A stretch of 60,875 bases of DNA from sequence record SRR20825006_330; one strand, given 5' to 3'. This document shows, piece after piece, positions 21,144 to 32,665 of this stretch. Below the pieces are notes generated by a model. That model saw nothing but the letters and a program-made list of their open reading frames with translations. It was not told the origin of the DNA and did not search any database. The translations under genes and the position numbers were made by a program. Numbering within the stretch: the first letter of the stretch is position 1; each line of letters starts with the position of its first letter.

Positions 21144-22049
21144 CTATTGTGGGAACTCAAGGCCCATTTCGCGATAGCGCGATGGGTCGTCTGCCCATTT
21201 TTCGCGCACTTTCACGAACAGGAAGAGATGAACTTTGGTTTCGAAAATCTCGCTCAGTTCCTTGCGCGATTCTTCGCCAATCTTTTTGATGGTTTGGCCA
21301 TTTTTGCCCAACACAATCTTCTTGTGACCATCGCGCGACACATAAACCACTTGCTGGATGCGGTATGACCCATCTTTTTGCGTTTTAAACTGTTCTGTTT
21401 CGACAGTCGCTGCATATGGAATTTCTTCGTGAATACGCAGGAACAGCTTTTCGCGTGTCACTTCGGCAGCCGTCAGCGCCAGGGTCAAATCCGTCAAATG
21501 ATCTTCTGGGAAGTGCCAAGGCTCAACTGGCATTGCTTCAGCGCAATAATCAACAAAGTCCTTCACGCCATCGCCTTTAAGGGCCGACACCATAAAGGTT
21601 TGGTCAAAATTCAGCTTTTCATTCAGCTTTTGCGACAAGGCCAGCAAGGTGCTGCGCTCAACCTGATCAATTTTATTGAGGATCAACACTTTTGGCTGCT
21701 TATAGTCGCTCAGGCCTTCGATCAGTTCTTCAATTTGGTCGTTTAGGCCTTTTTTGCAATCAATGATCAGCGCAAGCACGTCTGCATCTGCAGCGCCAGA
21801 CCATGCGGAATGCACCATGGCGCGGTCCAAGCGGCGCTTGGGCTTAAAAATACCCGGCGTATCCACAAAGATCATTTGGCTTTGATCAAGGGTCACCACA
21901 CCACGCACTTGTGTGCGGGTGGTTTGTGCCTTGTGCGTTACGATGGAAACTTTGGTGCCCACCAACGCGTTCAGCAATGTTGATTTGCCCGCGTTCGGCG
22001 CGCCCACGAGCGCCACAAAGCCGCATTTTGTTTCGATATTATTCGTCAT
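21144..22049 (-). CDS. era: GTPase Era
   Basis: GAPNAGKST, QTTR, DTPG and NKID motifs; KH domain ending HLFLFVKV. Confidence 0.97.
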   Translation of the reverse strand: MTNNIETKCGFVALVGAPNAGKSTLLNALVGTKVSIVTHKAQTTRTQVRGVVTLDQSQMIFVDTPGIFKPKRRLDRAMVHSAWSGAADADVLALIIDCKKGLNDQIEELIEGLSDYKQPKVLILNKIDQVERSTLLALSQKLNEKLNFDQTFMVSALKGDGVKDFVDYCAEAMPVEPWHFPEDHLTDLTLALTAAEVTREKLFLRIHEEIPYAATVETEQFKTQKDGSYRIQQVVYVSRDGHKKIVLGKNGQTIKKIGEESRKELSEIFETKVHLFLFVKVREKWADDPSRYREMGLEFPQ

Positions 22050-22749
22050 CTTGTTCCCAAATGCCTTCGCGCACCAAAAAGGCGGTCGCGGCTTCATGTT
22101 CTGCTATTTTTTTGGATTTGCCAACGGCTTGTGCTGGTTCGTGATTTTCCAGCTTCACTGCAATGGTGAAAACGGGCGCATGGTCTGGCCCTTCCCGCGA
22201 CAATTCTTGATATTGCGGCAGCGCCAAGCTGCGCGATTGCGCCCATTCTTGCAGGGTAGTTTTCGCGTCCCCGCGTCCACTCATGGATGATTTGAAGAAG
22301 CTTGCAAACTCGCGCTCAATAAAGGTTTTGGCTGGTGTTAGTCCACCATCGATATAGATGGCACCAATAATGGCTTCGCAGACATCGCCCAAAATTGCTT
22401 CTTTTTGCGCGCCACCTGTGCGGGCTTCCGATTGGCCCAAGGCCAATGCAGCAGGCACGTTCAGTTGCCGCGCTACGGCGGCACAGCTTTCTTTGCGCAC
22501 GACAGCGTTCAACGCGCGCGACAATTCACCCTCATTGGCGCTTTTGTGGTGCAGATGCAAATATTCAGCCACCACAAGGCCCAACACACGGTCACCCAAA
22601 AACTCCAACCGCTGATAGGATTGGCGTGTCCGGTTAGATGGCGCGATCGCACTGGAATGTGTGAGCGCCCGGATCAATAATTCAGTATCGTTGAACTGAT
22701 AATTGAGCCGTTCTGTCAGTTTTTGGATTTTGGGCGAAATCTGGGTCAT
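22039..22749 (-). CDS. rnc: Ribonuclease III
   Basis: ALTHSS, QRLEFLGDRVL and dsRBD DAKTTLQEW. Confidence 0.97.
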   Translation of the reverse strand: MTQISPKIQKLTERLNYQFNDTELLIRALTHSSAIAPSNRTRQSYQRLEFLGDRVLGLVVAEYLHLHHKSANEGELSRALNAVVRKESCAAVARQLNVPAALALGQSEARTGGAQKEAILGDVCEAIIGAIYIDGGLTPAKTFIEREFASFFKSSMSGRGDAKTTLQEWAQSRSLALPQYQELSREGPDHAPVFTIAVKLENHEPAQAVGKSKKIAEHEAATAFLVREGIWEQDDE

Positions 22750-23525
22750 TGATAGATAGACTCAAACATACGATCCCAGCGCACATTGCCCGGCCAGTTC
22801 CAAACCGCCCATGGGTTTAGATTATCCTTGATGGAGAAATAACGTACGTCAGCTTTGCCGATAAAGTTGGCAAATGGCACATAGCCCACGGCTGACAGCG
22901 AACGTGAATCCAGTGAACGGTCACGGTTATCGCCCATCATGAAATAATGATCTGCGGGCACTTTATAAACAGCGGTATTGTCAAATGCGCCCGTGTCAGA
23001 AATCTCCTGCACAGTGTAGCTCACGCCATTCGGCAAGGTTTCTTTATAGGTGATCACCTCAACTGAAATACCATTGCTGTCTGTATCAATCGCGGTGCCA
23101 GTGCGTTCTTTTTGCACGGGTTCACCATTGATGTGCAGCACACCATTTTTCATTTGAATTTCATCACCGGGCAACCCGATCACACGCTTAATATAGGCAT
23201 CTTTTTGCGGCACAGGTTCGAACACAGCGATTTCACCGCGCTCAGGCGTGCGGCCAAAAATGCGGCCATTGATCGGCACAGCTTTGAACGGGAACGAATA
23301 GCTTGAATAGCCATAGGTATATTTTGACGCCAAAATATAATCACCGATCAACAGGTTTGATTGCAGCGACGCGGTGGGAATTGAAAATGGCTGCCACAAG
23401 AAGCTGCGGATCACCAAGGCGATGATCAGTGCCTGCACAAGAACAACAATGGTTTCCCAGACCTCATTTTTAGGCGCATCTGCCTTGGCTTTTTGCTTTG
23501 AGGATTTGATTTCCGGATCAGACAT
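22746..23525 (-). CDS. lepB: Signal peptidase I
   Basis: PFSIPTAS (Ser), YIKRVIGLPGD (Lys) and GDNRDRSLDSR. Confidence 0.96.
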   Translation of the reverse strand: MSDPEIKSSKQKAKADAPKNEVWETIVVLVQALIIALVIRSFLWQPFSIPTASLQSNLLIGDYILASKYTYGYSSYSFPFKAVPINGRIFGRTPERGEIAVFEPVPQKDAYIKRVIGLPGDEIQMKNGVLHINGEPVQKERTGTAIDTDSNGISVEVITYKETLPNGVSYTVQEISDTGAFDNTAVYKVPADHYFMMGDNRDRSLDSRSLSAVGYVPFANFIGKADVRYFSIKDNLNPWAVWNWPGNVRWDRMFESIYQ

Positions 23526-23547
23526 AAATTTCGCTTTGCTTCTAAGT

Positions 23548-23952
23548 TTAGGCGCGCGTCGGCTCTGCCTCGATGATAACGATGGCTTGAGCCATACCAT
23601 TATCATCTGTGATTGTTAAATGCAGATAGGGTGTGTAGCCGCTCGGCACAAGCCTTTCCAATGCTTTTTGCGCGCCATTGGTCAGTTCCAGCGTCGGCTT
23701 ACCTGAGGGCAAGTTCACCACGCCAATATCGCGCCAATAGACCGCGTGCGACATGCCTGTGCCAAGTGCTTTGGCGCAGGCTTCTTTCGCGGCGAAACGT
23801 TTGGCATAGCTTGCGGCGCGTTGTGCCCTGCGGTCAGATTTCTTTTGTTCAATCTCGGTGAAGCAACGTTGCACGAACCGATCGCCAAAACGCTCTAGCG
23901 TTTTTTCGACCCGTTCAATTTCGCAAATATCGTTGCCAATCCCGATGATCAA
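23548..23952 (-). CDS. acpS: Holo-ACP synthase
   Basis: IIGIGND and [18 protein letters not shown] start. Confidence 0.96.
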   Translation of the reverse strand: MIIGIGNDICEIERVEKTLERFGDRFVQRCFTEIEQKKSDRRAQRAASYAKRFAAKEACAKALGTGMSHAVYWRDIGVVNLPSGKPTLELTNGAQKALERLVPSGYTPYLHLTITDDNGMAQAIVIIEAEPTRA

Positions 23953-23963
23953 ATCTTTGCCCC

Positions 23964-24548
23964 CTATTGCAGTCCGCGGCTACCTGGCTTGATTGCAGGT
24001 ATATTTTCCAATTCTGGCGGCAATTGGTCCGCTGCATAAGCTGGCACTTTGTAGCCCGTGAGCGCCACCAACGGCACGCCCACGTCAGCTTCGCCGTCAG
24101 AACGGTCTACCAAGCAAGCGGCAGCCACAACATCGGCGCCCAAATCTTGCAAGCATTTGACACATTCGCGGATGGAAAGGCCAGTGGACACAATGTCCTC
24201 CACCACAATAACTTTTTCGCCCTTTTCAACATGGAAACCGCGGCGCAGCTCAAATTCGCCATTCACCCGTTCGGTGAAAATGGCCGGCACGCCTAGGTGA
24301 CGGGATGTTTCATATCCAGGGATAATGCCACCCACAGCTGGTGAGACTATTTGAGACACATCGCCATAACCTTCCGCGCGGATTTTTTCAGCCAAGGCTT
24401 TGCACAAGATTTCGGATTTATCCGCATGCATGAACACTTTTGCTTTTTGCAAAAACACAGGTGAACGCAAGCCAGATGACAGAATGAAATGCCCTTCCAA
24501 AAGAGCGTTACAGGAGCGGAAAATATCGAGCACTTCTTGCTGGTTCAT
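23964..24548 (-). CDS. pyrE: Orotate phosphoribosyltransferase
   Basis: GHFILSSG and [13 protein letters not shown] motif. Confidence 0.95.
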   Translation of the reverse strand: MNQQEVLDIFRSCNALLEGHFILSSGLRSPVFLQKAKVFMHADKSEILCKALAEKIRAEGYGDVSQIVSPAVGGIIPGYETSRHLGVPAIFTERVNGEFELRRGFHVEKGEKVIVVEDIVSTGLSIRECVKCLQDLGADVVAAACLVDRSDGEADVGVPLVALTGYKVPAYAADQLPPELENIPAIKPGSRGLQ

Positions 24549-26827
24549 CAGTTCACCTTTGTCTCAAGCTGTTTATATTGCTGTGTCAAATTATCGATCA
24601 ACTCACCCTCTTCGCATGTTGCGCGGCGCACATTGGAAATCCCCACAATGCGCTTCAGGGTTGTTGTTACATCATTAAACTGGGCGATATCCTGCACTTC
24701 GATGCAGAACAACATATCAGAAAAGTCAGACCGGACGGTGCGGAAAAACAGGTTCACAATATTCGCATCGCAAGACGCGATGGAAGATGAGATTTGCCCC
24801 AATATGCCTGGTTTGTTGACTGATTGCACCACCATTACAACGGGGAAGTTTTGATGCCGCTCCGCGTCCAAATCCCACAGCACGTCAACCCAGAGAGCGT
24901 CTTTGTCCTGATATTCAAGCAATGCTTCTGACCCAATGGGATAGATGGTCAAAATGCCATCTTCTGGCAAAATCCCCACCATGCGATCACCGGGCAGCAC
25001 ACCTTCAGCGGACACTTTTACTGGCGTGCCAAATTCGAGATGGGCACCACCCAAAATGTCTGCGTCCACCGTTTGACCGCCGGGAATACGGAATTTGAAG
25101 TTTTCGCCTTGAGCCAGTGAAAACCAACCATCTTTGCTTGCACCAACAGGCAAGCCAAGCGGCTTGCGCTTCCGCGTCCGCTCATAGCCTTTCAACTCAT
25201 CCAGCTCATGCACCAGATCTTCGCCTGAAAGCTGTGCCTCACCTAGCGCGACATAAAGGCTGCGAATGCTGCGCATTTTCAGCCGCTTCAGCAATTCATC
25301 TTGCTCTTTGCGGTTGACGGAGAACGCCTCACGCTCCAGCAGTGCGTCATAAATTTGCTTACCCAACCGTTCAGCCCGCTCTTGTGCAGCCAGTCGCAAT
25401 GAACGGCGGATCGCCGCCCTCGCCTTACCCGTAACAGCGATATTCTCCCAGTTTGGCGGTGGCCGATGATTTTCATCCCGGTCGATCTGCACTTCGTCGC
25501 CATTGCGCAACTTTGTTGTTAGCGGCATGGCGGTGCCATTGATGCGGCAACTGACGCAGCTATTACCGATATCTGTATGCACTGCAAAGGCGAAATCAAT
25601 TGGTGTTGCGCCACGTGGCAATGCAATCAGGCGGCCGCGCGGGGTAAAGCAAAAGACCTGATCTTGAAACAGTTCAAGTTTGGTATGCTCCAAAAATTCC
25701 TGCGGGTTCTCGCCTTCGGTCAGGTGCTTAATGGTGTTGCGCAACCACGCATAGGCGCGGCTTTCATGCTCCAGCCGCTTCATATCGCCAGAAATTTCGT
25801 CTTTATAGAGCGCGTGGGCGGCGATGCCCATTTCGGCGATAGAGTTCATTTCGCTGGTGCGAATTTGCAGTTCCACCCGTTCACGTTCAGGCCCCACAAT
25901 GGTGGTGTGGATAGAGCGATAGTCATTCTGCTTGGGTGTAGAGATGTAATCTTTAAACCGCCCCGGCACCACAGACCAAGTTTGGTGCACGACACCAAGC
26001 GTTTTGTAGCAAAGGTCAACGCTATCCACGATGACGCGGAACCCGATGATATCTGACAGCTGCTCAAGGCTGATGGATTTGCGTTCCATCTTTTTAAACA
26101 CGGAAAATGGCGCCTTCAGCCGTGAGGTCACATCGGCGATGATCCCGGCGTCCACAAAGCGTTGCGCCAGCTCCATCCGGATTTCATCCACGACAGCCCG
26201 ATTGTCTTTCGCGTAAGCGTCCAAATGGTTGCGGATGACTTGATATTGCTCAGGATGCAGCGTTTGGAAGGATAAATCTTCCAGCTCAGACCGCATATCC
26301 TGCATACCCATGCGTCCAGCCAATGGCGCATAAATTTCCATTGTTTCTTGCGCGATGCGGCGTTTTTTATGCTCCGGCACAAATTCAAGCGTACGCATAT
26401 TGTGCAGACGGTCAGCCAGCTTCACCAACAGCACCCGCACATCTTCCGCGATTGCCAGCAACAGCTTGCGCAAGTTCTCGGCCTGCGCCTCTTCGCGCGA
26501 GCCAAGGTTTAGCCGATCAATTTTGGTGAGCCCGTCCACAATCGCGCCAATTTCCTGGCCGAACACTTGGTCAATTTCAGCGCGGGTCGCGTCCGTATCT
26601 TCAATGGTGTCGTGCAGCAGCGCCACGGCAATGGTGGCATCATCCAAATGCAATTTGGTGAGAATGGCGGCTACTTCCAACGGGTGGGCAAAATAAGGAT
26701 CGCCTGATGCGCGGCGTTGGCTACCATGTTTTTGCATGGCGTAGACATAGGCTTTGTTGAGCAGGGCTTCATCCGCATTTGGATTATAAGCCTGCACCAG
26801 CTCAACAAGTTCATATTGGCGCATCAT
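24548..26827 (-). CDS. spoT: Bifunctional (p)ppGpp synthetase/hydrolase (Rel/RSH)
   Basis: Intact HD motif [25 protein letters not shown] synthetase motif, TGS domain (IDFAFAVHT) and C-terminal ACT domain. Confidence 0.95.
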   Translation of the reverse strand: MMRQYELVELVQAYNPNADEALLNKAYVYAMQKHGSQRRASGDPYFAHPLEVAAILTKLHLDDATIAVALLHDTIEDTDATRAEIDQVFGQEIGAIVDGLTKIDRLNLGSREEAQAENLRKLLLAIAEDVRVLLVKLADRLHNMRTLEFVPEHKKRRIAQETMEIYAPLAGRMGMQDMRSELEDLSFQTLHPEQYQVIRNHLDAYAKDNRAVVDEIRMELAQRFVDAGIIADVTSRLKAPFSVFKKMERKSISLEQLSDIIGFRVIVDSVDLCYKTLGVVHQTWSVVPGRFKDYISTPKQNDYRSIHTTIVGPERERVELQIRTSEMNSIAEMGIAAHALYKDEISGDMKRLEHESRAYAWLRNTIKHLTEGENPQEFLEHTKLELFQDQVFCFTPRGRLIALPRGATPIDFAFAVHTDIGNSCVSCRINGTAMPLTTKLRNGDEVQIDRDENHRPPPNWENIAVTGKARAAIRRSLRLAAQERAERLGKQIYDALLEREAFSVNRKEQDELLKRLKMRSIRSLYVALGEAQLSGEDLVHELDELKGYERTRKRKPLGLPVGASKDGWFSLAQGENFKFRIPGGQTVDADILGGAHLEFGTPVKVSAEGVLPGDRMVGILPEDGILTIYPIGSEALLEYQDKDALWVDVLWDLDAERHQNFPVVMVVQSVNKPGILGQISSSIASCDANIVNLFFRTVRSDFSDMLFCIEVQDIAQFNDVTTTLKRIVGISNVRRATCEEGELIDNLTQQYKQLETKVN

Positions 26828-26876
26828 GGTCGGAAATTCAGCTCCGTTGGTCGGTATAAACCATGGTAAGAATCAC

Positions 26877-26903
26877 AAAAAAGGCGCCGATCAAGGCGCC
26901 CTT
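26877..26903 (-). terminator. Terminator between rpoZ and rel/spoT
   Basis: Minus strand GGCGCC-TTGATC-GGCGCC-TTTTTT. Confidence 0.65.
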
Positions 26904-26936
26904 CCATTATCATGCAGCTCAGTGAAAGATGCAAGA

Positions 26937-27308
26937 TTAATCGTCCCGACGGTCTGGTGGGGAAAGGCCTTCAATGCCGCGCAGTAGGTCTTCTTCACTC
27001 ATTGTGTCGAACACCATGCCCTCATCGTCGCCACCTTGGCTTTCGATCATTGGCGCTGTTTCAGCTTCAGGCTCATCCACTTCAACATATTTTTGCAGTG
27101 AGTGGATCAGGTCTTCTTTAAGATCGCCTGGTGAGATTGTGCCATCGCCGATTTCGCGCAAAGCCACAACAGGGTTTTTGTCATTGTCGCGATCAACAGT
27201 GATTGGAGCCCCTGACGAAATAAGTCGAGCACGGTGCGCAGACAGCAAAACCAGCTCAAAACGGTTAGGGATTTTTTCAATGCAATCTTCAACGGTAACG
27301 CGCGCCAA
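26937..27308 (-). CDS. rpoZ: RNA polymerase omega subunit
   Basis: ARVTVEDC...NRFELVL...[16 protein letters not shown] start at 27308 preceded by GGAGA. Confidence 0.96.
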   Translation of the reverse strand: MARVTVEDCIEKIPNRFELVLLSAHRARLISSGAPITVDRDNDKNPVVALREIGDGTISPGDLKEDLIHSLQKYVEVDEPEAETAPMIESQGGDDEGMVFDTMSEEDLLRGIEGLSPPDRRDD

Positions 27309-27453
27309 AGCAAATCTCCGCAATTTTGGGTAATCAGTGGGCTGATCTACACCAAGCTGTTAAAATTTACAACCCAATAAATGAATTAACATTGTTTCAT
27401 ATAATTGAATCGACATATTCACCAAATATGATTTATGACTACGTTAAGTACTG

Positions 27454-27484
27454 AGGTCACCTCTTGGACAAGGGTGGCCTTTTT
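27454..27484 (+). terminator. Orphan intrinsic terminator in the rpoZ-NYN spacer
   Basis: AGGTCACC...GGTGGCCT stem followed by TTTT; no annotated plus-strand gene directly upstream. Confidence 0.55.
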
Positions 27485-27676
27485 GCCGTGTGCGGTGCTT
27501 AGCATTCATATGGCATTGTGCTTAAAGACCAACGGTCTGATCTCCATTAGGAGGTGTTTGCTCGCATTTAATTGCCGCGAGCTTTGCGCCTTTTTATTGA
27601 GTTCAGGCTCCAGTAATGTTTTATCAAACGAATACAGGTAATATTCGCCTGATAAGCAAAGTAAGGCTATTGTTTA

Positions 27677-28204
27677 ATGTTTGATCCTCGCGAAAAGGTT
27701 ATCCTGATTATGGATGGAGCAAACCTTTATGCCACTGCTAAGGCATTGGGCGCCGAATTGGACTATCGGCGTATGCTCTCAGAATTCCAAAGTCAGGCCT
27801 ATTTATTACGCGCCTATTATTATACGGCTCTGGTGGAAGATCAGGAATATTCCTCGATCCGCCCCCTTATCGATTGGCTAGACTATAACGGTTACACTGT
27901 TATTACAAAGCCAGCGAAAGAATATACGGACCATCAAGGTCGGCGCAAAATCAAAGGTAATATGGACATTGAGATTACCATTGATGCGCTAGATATGGCC
28001 GATAATTACGACCACCTGGTTCTATTTTCCGGTGATGGCGATTTCACTGCGCTTGTTGCGGCATTGCAGCGCAAGGGCAAGAAAGTGACTGTTGTATCCA
28101 CAAAAGCAACCTCCACCCCGATGATTTCGGACGATCTTCGGCGGCAGGCTGACTATTTTATGGATATTGCAGATCTTGCAAAATCTGTGGGTCGTGACGC
28201 TTAA
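27677..28204 (+). CDS. NYN domain protein (LabA/DUF88 family)
   Basis: DGANLY, KGNMDIE, LFSGDGDF and LRRQAD motifs. Confidence 0.93.
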   Translation: MFDPREKVILIMDGANLYATAKALGAELDYRRMLSEFQSQAYLLRAYYYTALVEDQEYSSIRPLIDWLDYNGYTVITKPAKEYTDHQGRRKIKGNMDIEITIDALDMADNYDHLVLFSGDGDFTALVAALQRKGKKVTVVSTKATSTPMISDDLRRQADYFMDIADLAKSVGRDA

Positions 28205-28249
28205 TCGTCACACCCTTTTTGCAATGTAATGATGACTTGAGGTTAGATT

Positions 28250-28888
28250 TTGGTCGCTTTTGACCCTGCTCCAAATTGTAGCAAGTGCCCGCGGCTAAAG
28301 TCTTTCCGCAAGGATAATCAAAAAAAGTTTCCGCACTTTTTCAACGCGCCGGTTCCAAATTGGGCCGCGCCCAATCCGCGTGTCATGATTGTGGGCATGG
28401 CTCCCGGCCTTAAGGGTGCGAACCGCACTGGACGCCCTTTCACTGGCGATTTTGCGGGCGATCTCCTCTTCGACATTTTACTTCAAAACGGTTTTGCAGC
28501 CGGTGAATATGGCAACAGTGCAGACGATGGTTTAGCGCTGGTGGATTGCGCCATCATCAATGTGGTGCGTTGTGTGCCGCCGCAAAACAAGCCCACCGCA
28601 CAAGAAGTGAACAATTGCCGCCGTTATTTGCTGGCTACGCTAAAGCATTTCTCCGATGTGGAGGTTTTCGTCACGCTTGGGGGCATTGCCCATAATTCGT
28701 TTTTGACTTGCTTTGATGTACGCAAAAAAGACTTTGCTTTCGGCCATGGTGCGAAACATGAACTCCCAACAGGCCAGAAGCTAATCGCCAGCTATCATTG
28801 CTCGCGCTACAATGTGAACACCAACGTGCTCACCGCGCAGATGTTTGATGATGTCTTTAAAACTGTTCGGGATTTATTGAGCGAATAG
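28250..28888 (+). CDS. Uracil-DNA glycosylase, family 5-like
   Basis: CSKCPRL, GMAPGLKGANRTGRPFTGD, RCVPPQNKP and YHCSRYN motifs. Confidence 0.9.
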   Translation: MVAFDPAPNCSKCPRLKSFRKDNQKKFPHFFNAPVPNWAAPNPRVMIVGMAPGLKGANRTGRPFTGDFAGDLLFDILLQNGFAAGEYGNSADDGLALVDCAIINVVRCVPPQNKPTAQEVNNCRRYLLATLKHFSDVEVFVTLGGIAHNSFLTCFDVRKKDFAFGHGAKHELPTGQKLIASYHCSRYNVNTNVLTAQMFDDVFKTVRDLLSE

Positions 28889-28894
28889 AATCGC

Positions 28895-29377
28895 TTAGCC
28901 CAAATCTTTCAACAATCGATTCTTCTGGCGTGACCAATCGCGTTTCTGCTCGGTCTCGCGTTTATCGTGTTGCTTTTTACCCTTGGCAATGCCGATCTGC
29001 AGCTTTGCGATGCCACGATCGTTAAAGTAAAGCTTGAGCGGCACAACCGTTTGCCCTTGCTTTTCCACAGCCGCCATAATGCGACTCATTTCGCGTTTTT
29101 TCAGCAGCAATTTGCGCCGACGACGCTCGTCATGGTTGAAGCGGTTGGCCTGCAAATATTCTGGAATATGGGCATTGATCAACCAGATCTCGCCCTCTTC
29201 CGGCGTCGCGTAGCTTTCGGTAATCTGCGCCTTGCCATTGCGCAGGCTTTTTACCTCGGTGCCTTCCAGCACCAAGCCAGCTTCCATCGTATCCAAAATT
29301 TCATAATCAAAGCGGGCGCGGCGGTTTTCCGCCACGACACCAGTGCTTTTCAATGAATTTTTCTTCTTGGCCGCCAT
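28895..29377 (-). CDS. smpB: SsrA-binding protein
   Basis: [16 protein letters not shown] and KGKKQHDKR motifs. Confidence 0.97.
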   Translation of the reverse strand: MAAKKKNSLKSTGVVAENRRARFDYEILDTMEAGLVLEGTEVKSLRNGKAQITESYATPEEGEIWLINAHIPEYLQANRFNHDERRRRKLLLKKREMSRIMAAVEKQGQTVVPLKLYFNDRGIAKLQIGIAKGKKQHDKRETEQKRDWSRQKNRLLKDLG

Positions 29378-29380
29378 AGA

Positions 29381-30259
29381 CTAGTTGATCAATCCTGCAT
29401 GAATCAGCGCTTCATCCACCGCCAGCTTGGTTTGCGGCGTGATCGGCGACAATGGCAAACGTGTATCGGATTTACACAACCCAAGACGTTCCGCCGCATA
29501 TTTCACCGGCACAGGGCTTGGGTCCAAGAACAATGCCTTATGCAGTGGAGCCAAACGATCTTGAATGGCCAAAGCCGCTTCATAATTGCCGTCCAGCGAA
29601 GCTTGTTGCATTTCAGCGCAAAGCCGTGGGGCAATATTTGACGTTACAGAGATGCACCCCACGCCGCCATGAGCATTAAAGCCAAGTGCCGAAATGTCTT
29701 CGCCGGAAAGTTGAACAAACTCTTTGCCCAAAACGTGACGCTGTTGCGACACCCGCGCCATATCAGCCGTTGCGTCTTTCACGCCAACGATATTCGGGCA
29801 TTCATCCACCAAACGCTTCATGGTTTCGACATTGATATCCACGATTGAACGACCCGGAATATTGTAAAGGATCACAGGCAATTTGGTTGATTTCGCAATC
29901 GCGCTGAAATGCGCAAACAAGCCTTCTTGATTTGGCTTATTGTAATAAGGCGAAACGGAAAGGATTGCGTCGGCCCCTGCCTCTTCAGCAAATTCGGCAA
30001 AGCCAATGGCTTCGCGCGTAGAATTGGAGCCAGCGCCCGCGATCACGGGCACCCGTTTGTCTGCTGCCTCAACACATATCTTGATGATCCGTTTGTGCTC
30101 TTCATGGCTAACGGTTGGTGATTCACCAGTGGTTCCCACAGGAACCAATCCAGACGTGCCTTCATTGATCTGCCAGTCGATAAAGCGTCTAAACGCGGCT
30201 TCATCAACCTCGCCGTTATTAAATGGCGTGATCAATGCGGTAATTGAGGCGCGAAACAT
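29381..30259 (-). CDS. dapA: 4-hydroxy-tetrahydrodipicolinate synthase
   Basis: GTTGES, PYYNKP, LYNIPGR and GVKDA motifs; start placed at MFRAS. Confidence 0.96.
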   Translation of the reverse strand: MFRASITALITPFNNGEVDEAAFRRFIDWQINEGTSGLVPVGTTGESPTVSHEEHKRIIKICVEAADKRVPVIAGAGSNSTREAIGFAEFAEEAGADAILSVSPYYNKPNQEGLFAHFSAIAKSTKLPVILYNIPGRSIVDINVETMKRLVDECPNIVGVKDATADMARVSQQRHVLGKEFVQLSGEDISALGFNAHGGVGCISVTSNIAPRLCAEMQQASLDGNYEAALAIQDRLAPLHKALFLDPSPVPVKYAAERLGLCKSDTRLPLSPITPQTKLAVDEALIHAGLIN

Positions 30260-30544
30260 CCCTTCACATCCTTTTTTCTTTTCGTTCATTGGCATGTTGA
30301 CACCATGTTGGCGCAAAAAGGTCAAACTTTTTCCGCGCTTTTAACGCAGAAAGACCCGAGTTGCGCACCATAATGAGCTGAAAAGATGGCAACAAGCCCT
30401 GTTTCGCTGATTGGATAAAACAAATTGATTAAAATTCAATCTAAACCAATCATTCACCTTAATTTGCTAGCCTGCATGTGTGGGTTCGGCAGCCCCAAGA
30501 ATATGCCGTCAAAAATTGTATTGCGTAATTTGACAGGTTTACAC

Positions 30545-32611
30545 ATGCTTTCTCAAAGCACTTTTTCACTTCGCCAATTTTTCCCTCGCCGCGCGGCATC
30601 TTTGCGAGCGCTGCTGATGGGATCTGCACTCATGATGTCTGGTGCCCTCACCGCGCCTACATTTGCCCAAGCTCAAATTGATCCTACCACCACCAGTTCA
30701 ATCGGTGGCGCTGGCAGTGTGATCATGCAAGGCGCAAAGGGCAGCGGCCCATTTCAAAATGCTATTGGCGCGCTTAAAGCTGGCAATTATCCAGATGCGT
30801 ATAATGCGGCGCGTGGTTTTTCCAACGATGTGGAGCGTCGTGCAGTTCAATGGGCAGCCATCTATTTTGGCAAAGATGATATTGACCATCAGACCATCTT
30901 GCGGTTTCAGGCAGACGCCCCTCATTTTGCCAGCGATAGCACCTATAAAACACGTCTAGAGCAAGCCATGCTCAAGCGTGATTTGCCTTACAATGAGGTT
31001 ATTGATCTGCTCGGCGGCCAAATGCCGAATTTGGTGGACGCGCAAATCGCTTTGGCCGATGCCTATGTGCGCGATGGGCAAGTCGCCCGCGCTGGCCGCA
31101 TCATCAAGCACGTTTGGATCAACAACTTCCTTGATGCGGGCACCGAGCAGGATCTTTATACACGCTATAAAGGTCAATTGACCAATGCTGACCATTGGGC
31201 CCGCGCCAACCGCTTGTTGATGCATGACCGTGCGCGTGCGGTGGAACGCATTTTCAATGAATATTCGCCCGCGCAGCAAAGCTTGCTTCGGGCTGTCATT
31301 GCTGTTGCGCGGAAAGACAACAATTCGCAGACATTGCTAGATCGCGTTGATCCGCAATTCCGTAATCATAACCTGTTCCACTGGGCCAACGCCGAATGGG
31401 CACAGGCAAAAGGCTCTAACGCAGGCGCTGTGGCGCATTTAAACCGCGCGGCGGGCGAACTGCCGGAAAGCCATTTGTGGTGGTACAAACGCCGCTATTT
31501 GGCGCGTGAACTTTTGGAAGCTGGCGATAAGCAAAATGCCTATCTCGCGGCGGCTGGATATACCAACGGCCCGGAAGGCCGTGTGGTTGATGCCCAGTTC
31601 CATGCGGGTTGGATCGCACTGCGCTTTATCGGTGATGCAGCCACTGCAGCCAAGCATTTTGAGAAAATGGCGTCCTTATCGACCCTGCCCTCATCCGTCA
31701 GCGAATCTCACTATTGGTGGGGCCGCGCCTATGAAGCGATGGGCCAAATTGAAAATGCACGCGTGAAATATCAACGCGCCGCCAAACATGATGATTATTA
31801 TTACGGTCAATTGGCATCGCACAAATTGAATGTGCAGCAATTGCAGCTTTCCCCATTGCCAGCATGGCAAGATGCTGAATCTAGCTTCAATCGGCGCGAA
31901 TTGGTGCAGGCCATCCGCTTGTTTGAAGGCAACAAAACCTATGGTTTTGCCCGCCCATTGCTGCGCCGCTTGATCTATCAGGTGAAGTCGCCTGGCGAGA
32001 TGTTGCTCACTGCCCGTTTAGCTCAAGATATCGAAGCCCATGATCTAGCAATTTTGATGGCAAGCATCTCCAGCAATCGCGGCGTTGACCTCGATTTGTT
32101 TGAGTTTCCAAAGGATGGTTTGCCCCGCAATCAATTGGCTGCAATCGACGCTGCGGCAGTTTATGCCGTTGCCCGGCAAGAAAGCCGCTTTGACCGCACA
32201 GCGCAGTCACATTCTGGCGCATTGGGCTTGATGCAATTGATGCCGGGCACCGCGAAAGAGACTGCCGGAAAACTAGGCCTAAGCTATTCGAAATCTCGCT
32301 TGACTAGCGATCCGTCTTACAATGCATTGTTAGGTTCCACCTATTTGAAAGCGCAGTTGGAGCGTTATGACGGTTCATTGGTTTTGGCCGCGGCGGCTTA
32401 CAATGCTGGTGCTGGCAATGTGAACAAATGGCTCAAGCGGTTCGGCGACCCGCGGTATGGCAAAATTGACATTGTGGATTGGATTGAATTGATCCCGTTC
32501 ACTGAAACTCGCGGTTATGTACAGAAAGTTCTCGCGAACTATCAGGTCTACCGCGTGCGCCTTGGCGACAATCGTCTGCGTTTGGCCAACTATTTGATGA
32601 AGATCGACTAA
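30545..32611 (+). CDS. Soluble lytic murein transglycosylase (Slt70-like)
   Basis: Signal peptide, helical repeats, ARQESRF, GLMQLMP, AAYNAG and ETRGYV motifs; start uncertain. Confidence 0.92.
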   Translation: MLSQSTFSLRQFFPRRAASLRALLMGSALMMSGALTAPTFAQAQIDPTTTSSIGGAGSVIMQGAKGSGPFQNAIGALKAGNYPDAYNAARGFSNDVERRAVQWAAIYFGKDDIDHQTILRFQADAPHFASDSTYKTRLEQAMLKRDLPYNEVIDLLGGQMPNLVDAQIALADAYVRDGQVARAGRIIKHVWINNFLDAGTEQDLYTRYKGQLTNADHWARANRLLMHDRARAVERIFNEYSPAQQSLLRAVIAVARKDNNSQTLLDRVDPQFRNHNLFHWANAEWAQAKGSNAGAVAHLNRAAGELPESHLWWYKRRYLARELLEAGDKQNAYLAAAGYTNGPEGRVVDAQFHAGWIALRFIGDAATAAKHFEKMASLSTLPSSVSESHYWWGRAYEAMGQIENARVKYQRAAKHDDYYYGQLASHKLNVQQLQLSPLPAWQDAESSFNRRELVQAIRLFEGNKTYGFARPLLRRLIYQVKSPGEMLLTARLAQDIEAHDLAILMASISSNRGVDLDLFEFPKDGLPRNQLAAIDAAAVYAVARQESRFDRTAQSHSGALGLMQLMPGTAKETAGKLGLSYSKSRLTSDPSYNALLGSTYLKAQLERYDGSLVLAAAAYNAGAGNVNKWLKRFGDPRYGKIDIVDWIELIPFTETRGYVQKVLANYQVYRVRLGDNRLRLANYLMKID

Positions 32612-32665
32612 TTCTGGCCGATCTTACATCTATTGCCCAGCCCAAAAAGCTGGTATAGCCAATTT

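Noticed and set aside
27309-27676. folK absent between rpoZ and the NYN gene
   Set aside because: That linkage occurs in only some alphaproteobacterial orders, so absence here says little without the whole genome.
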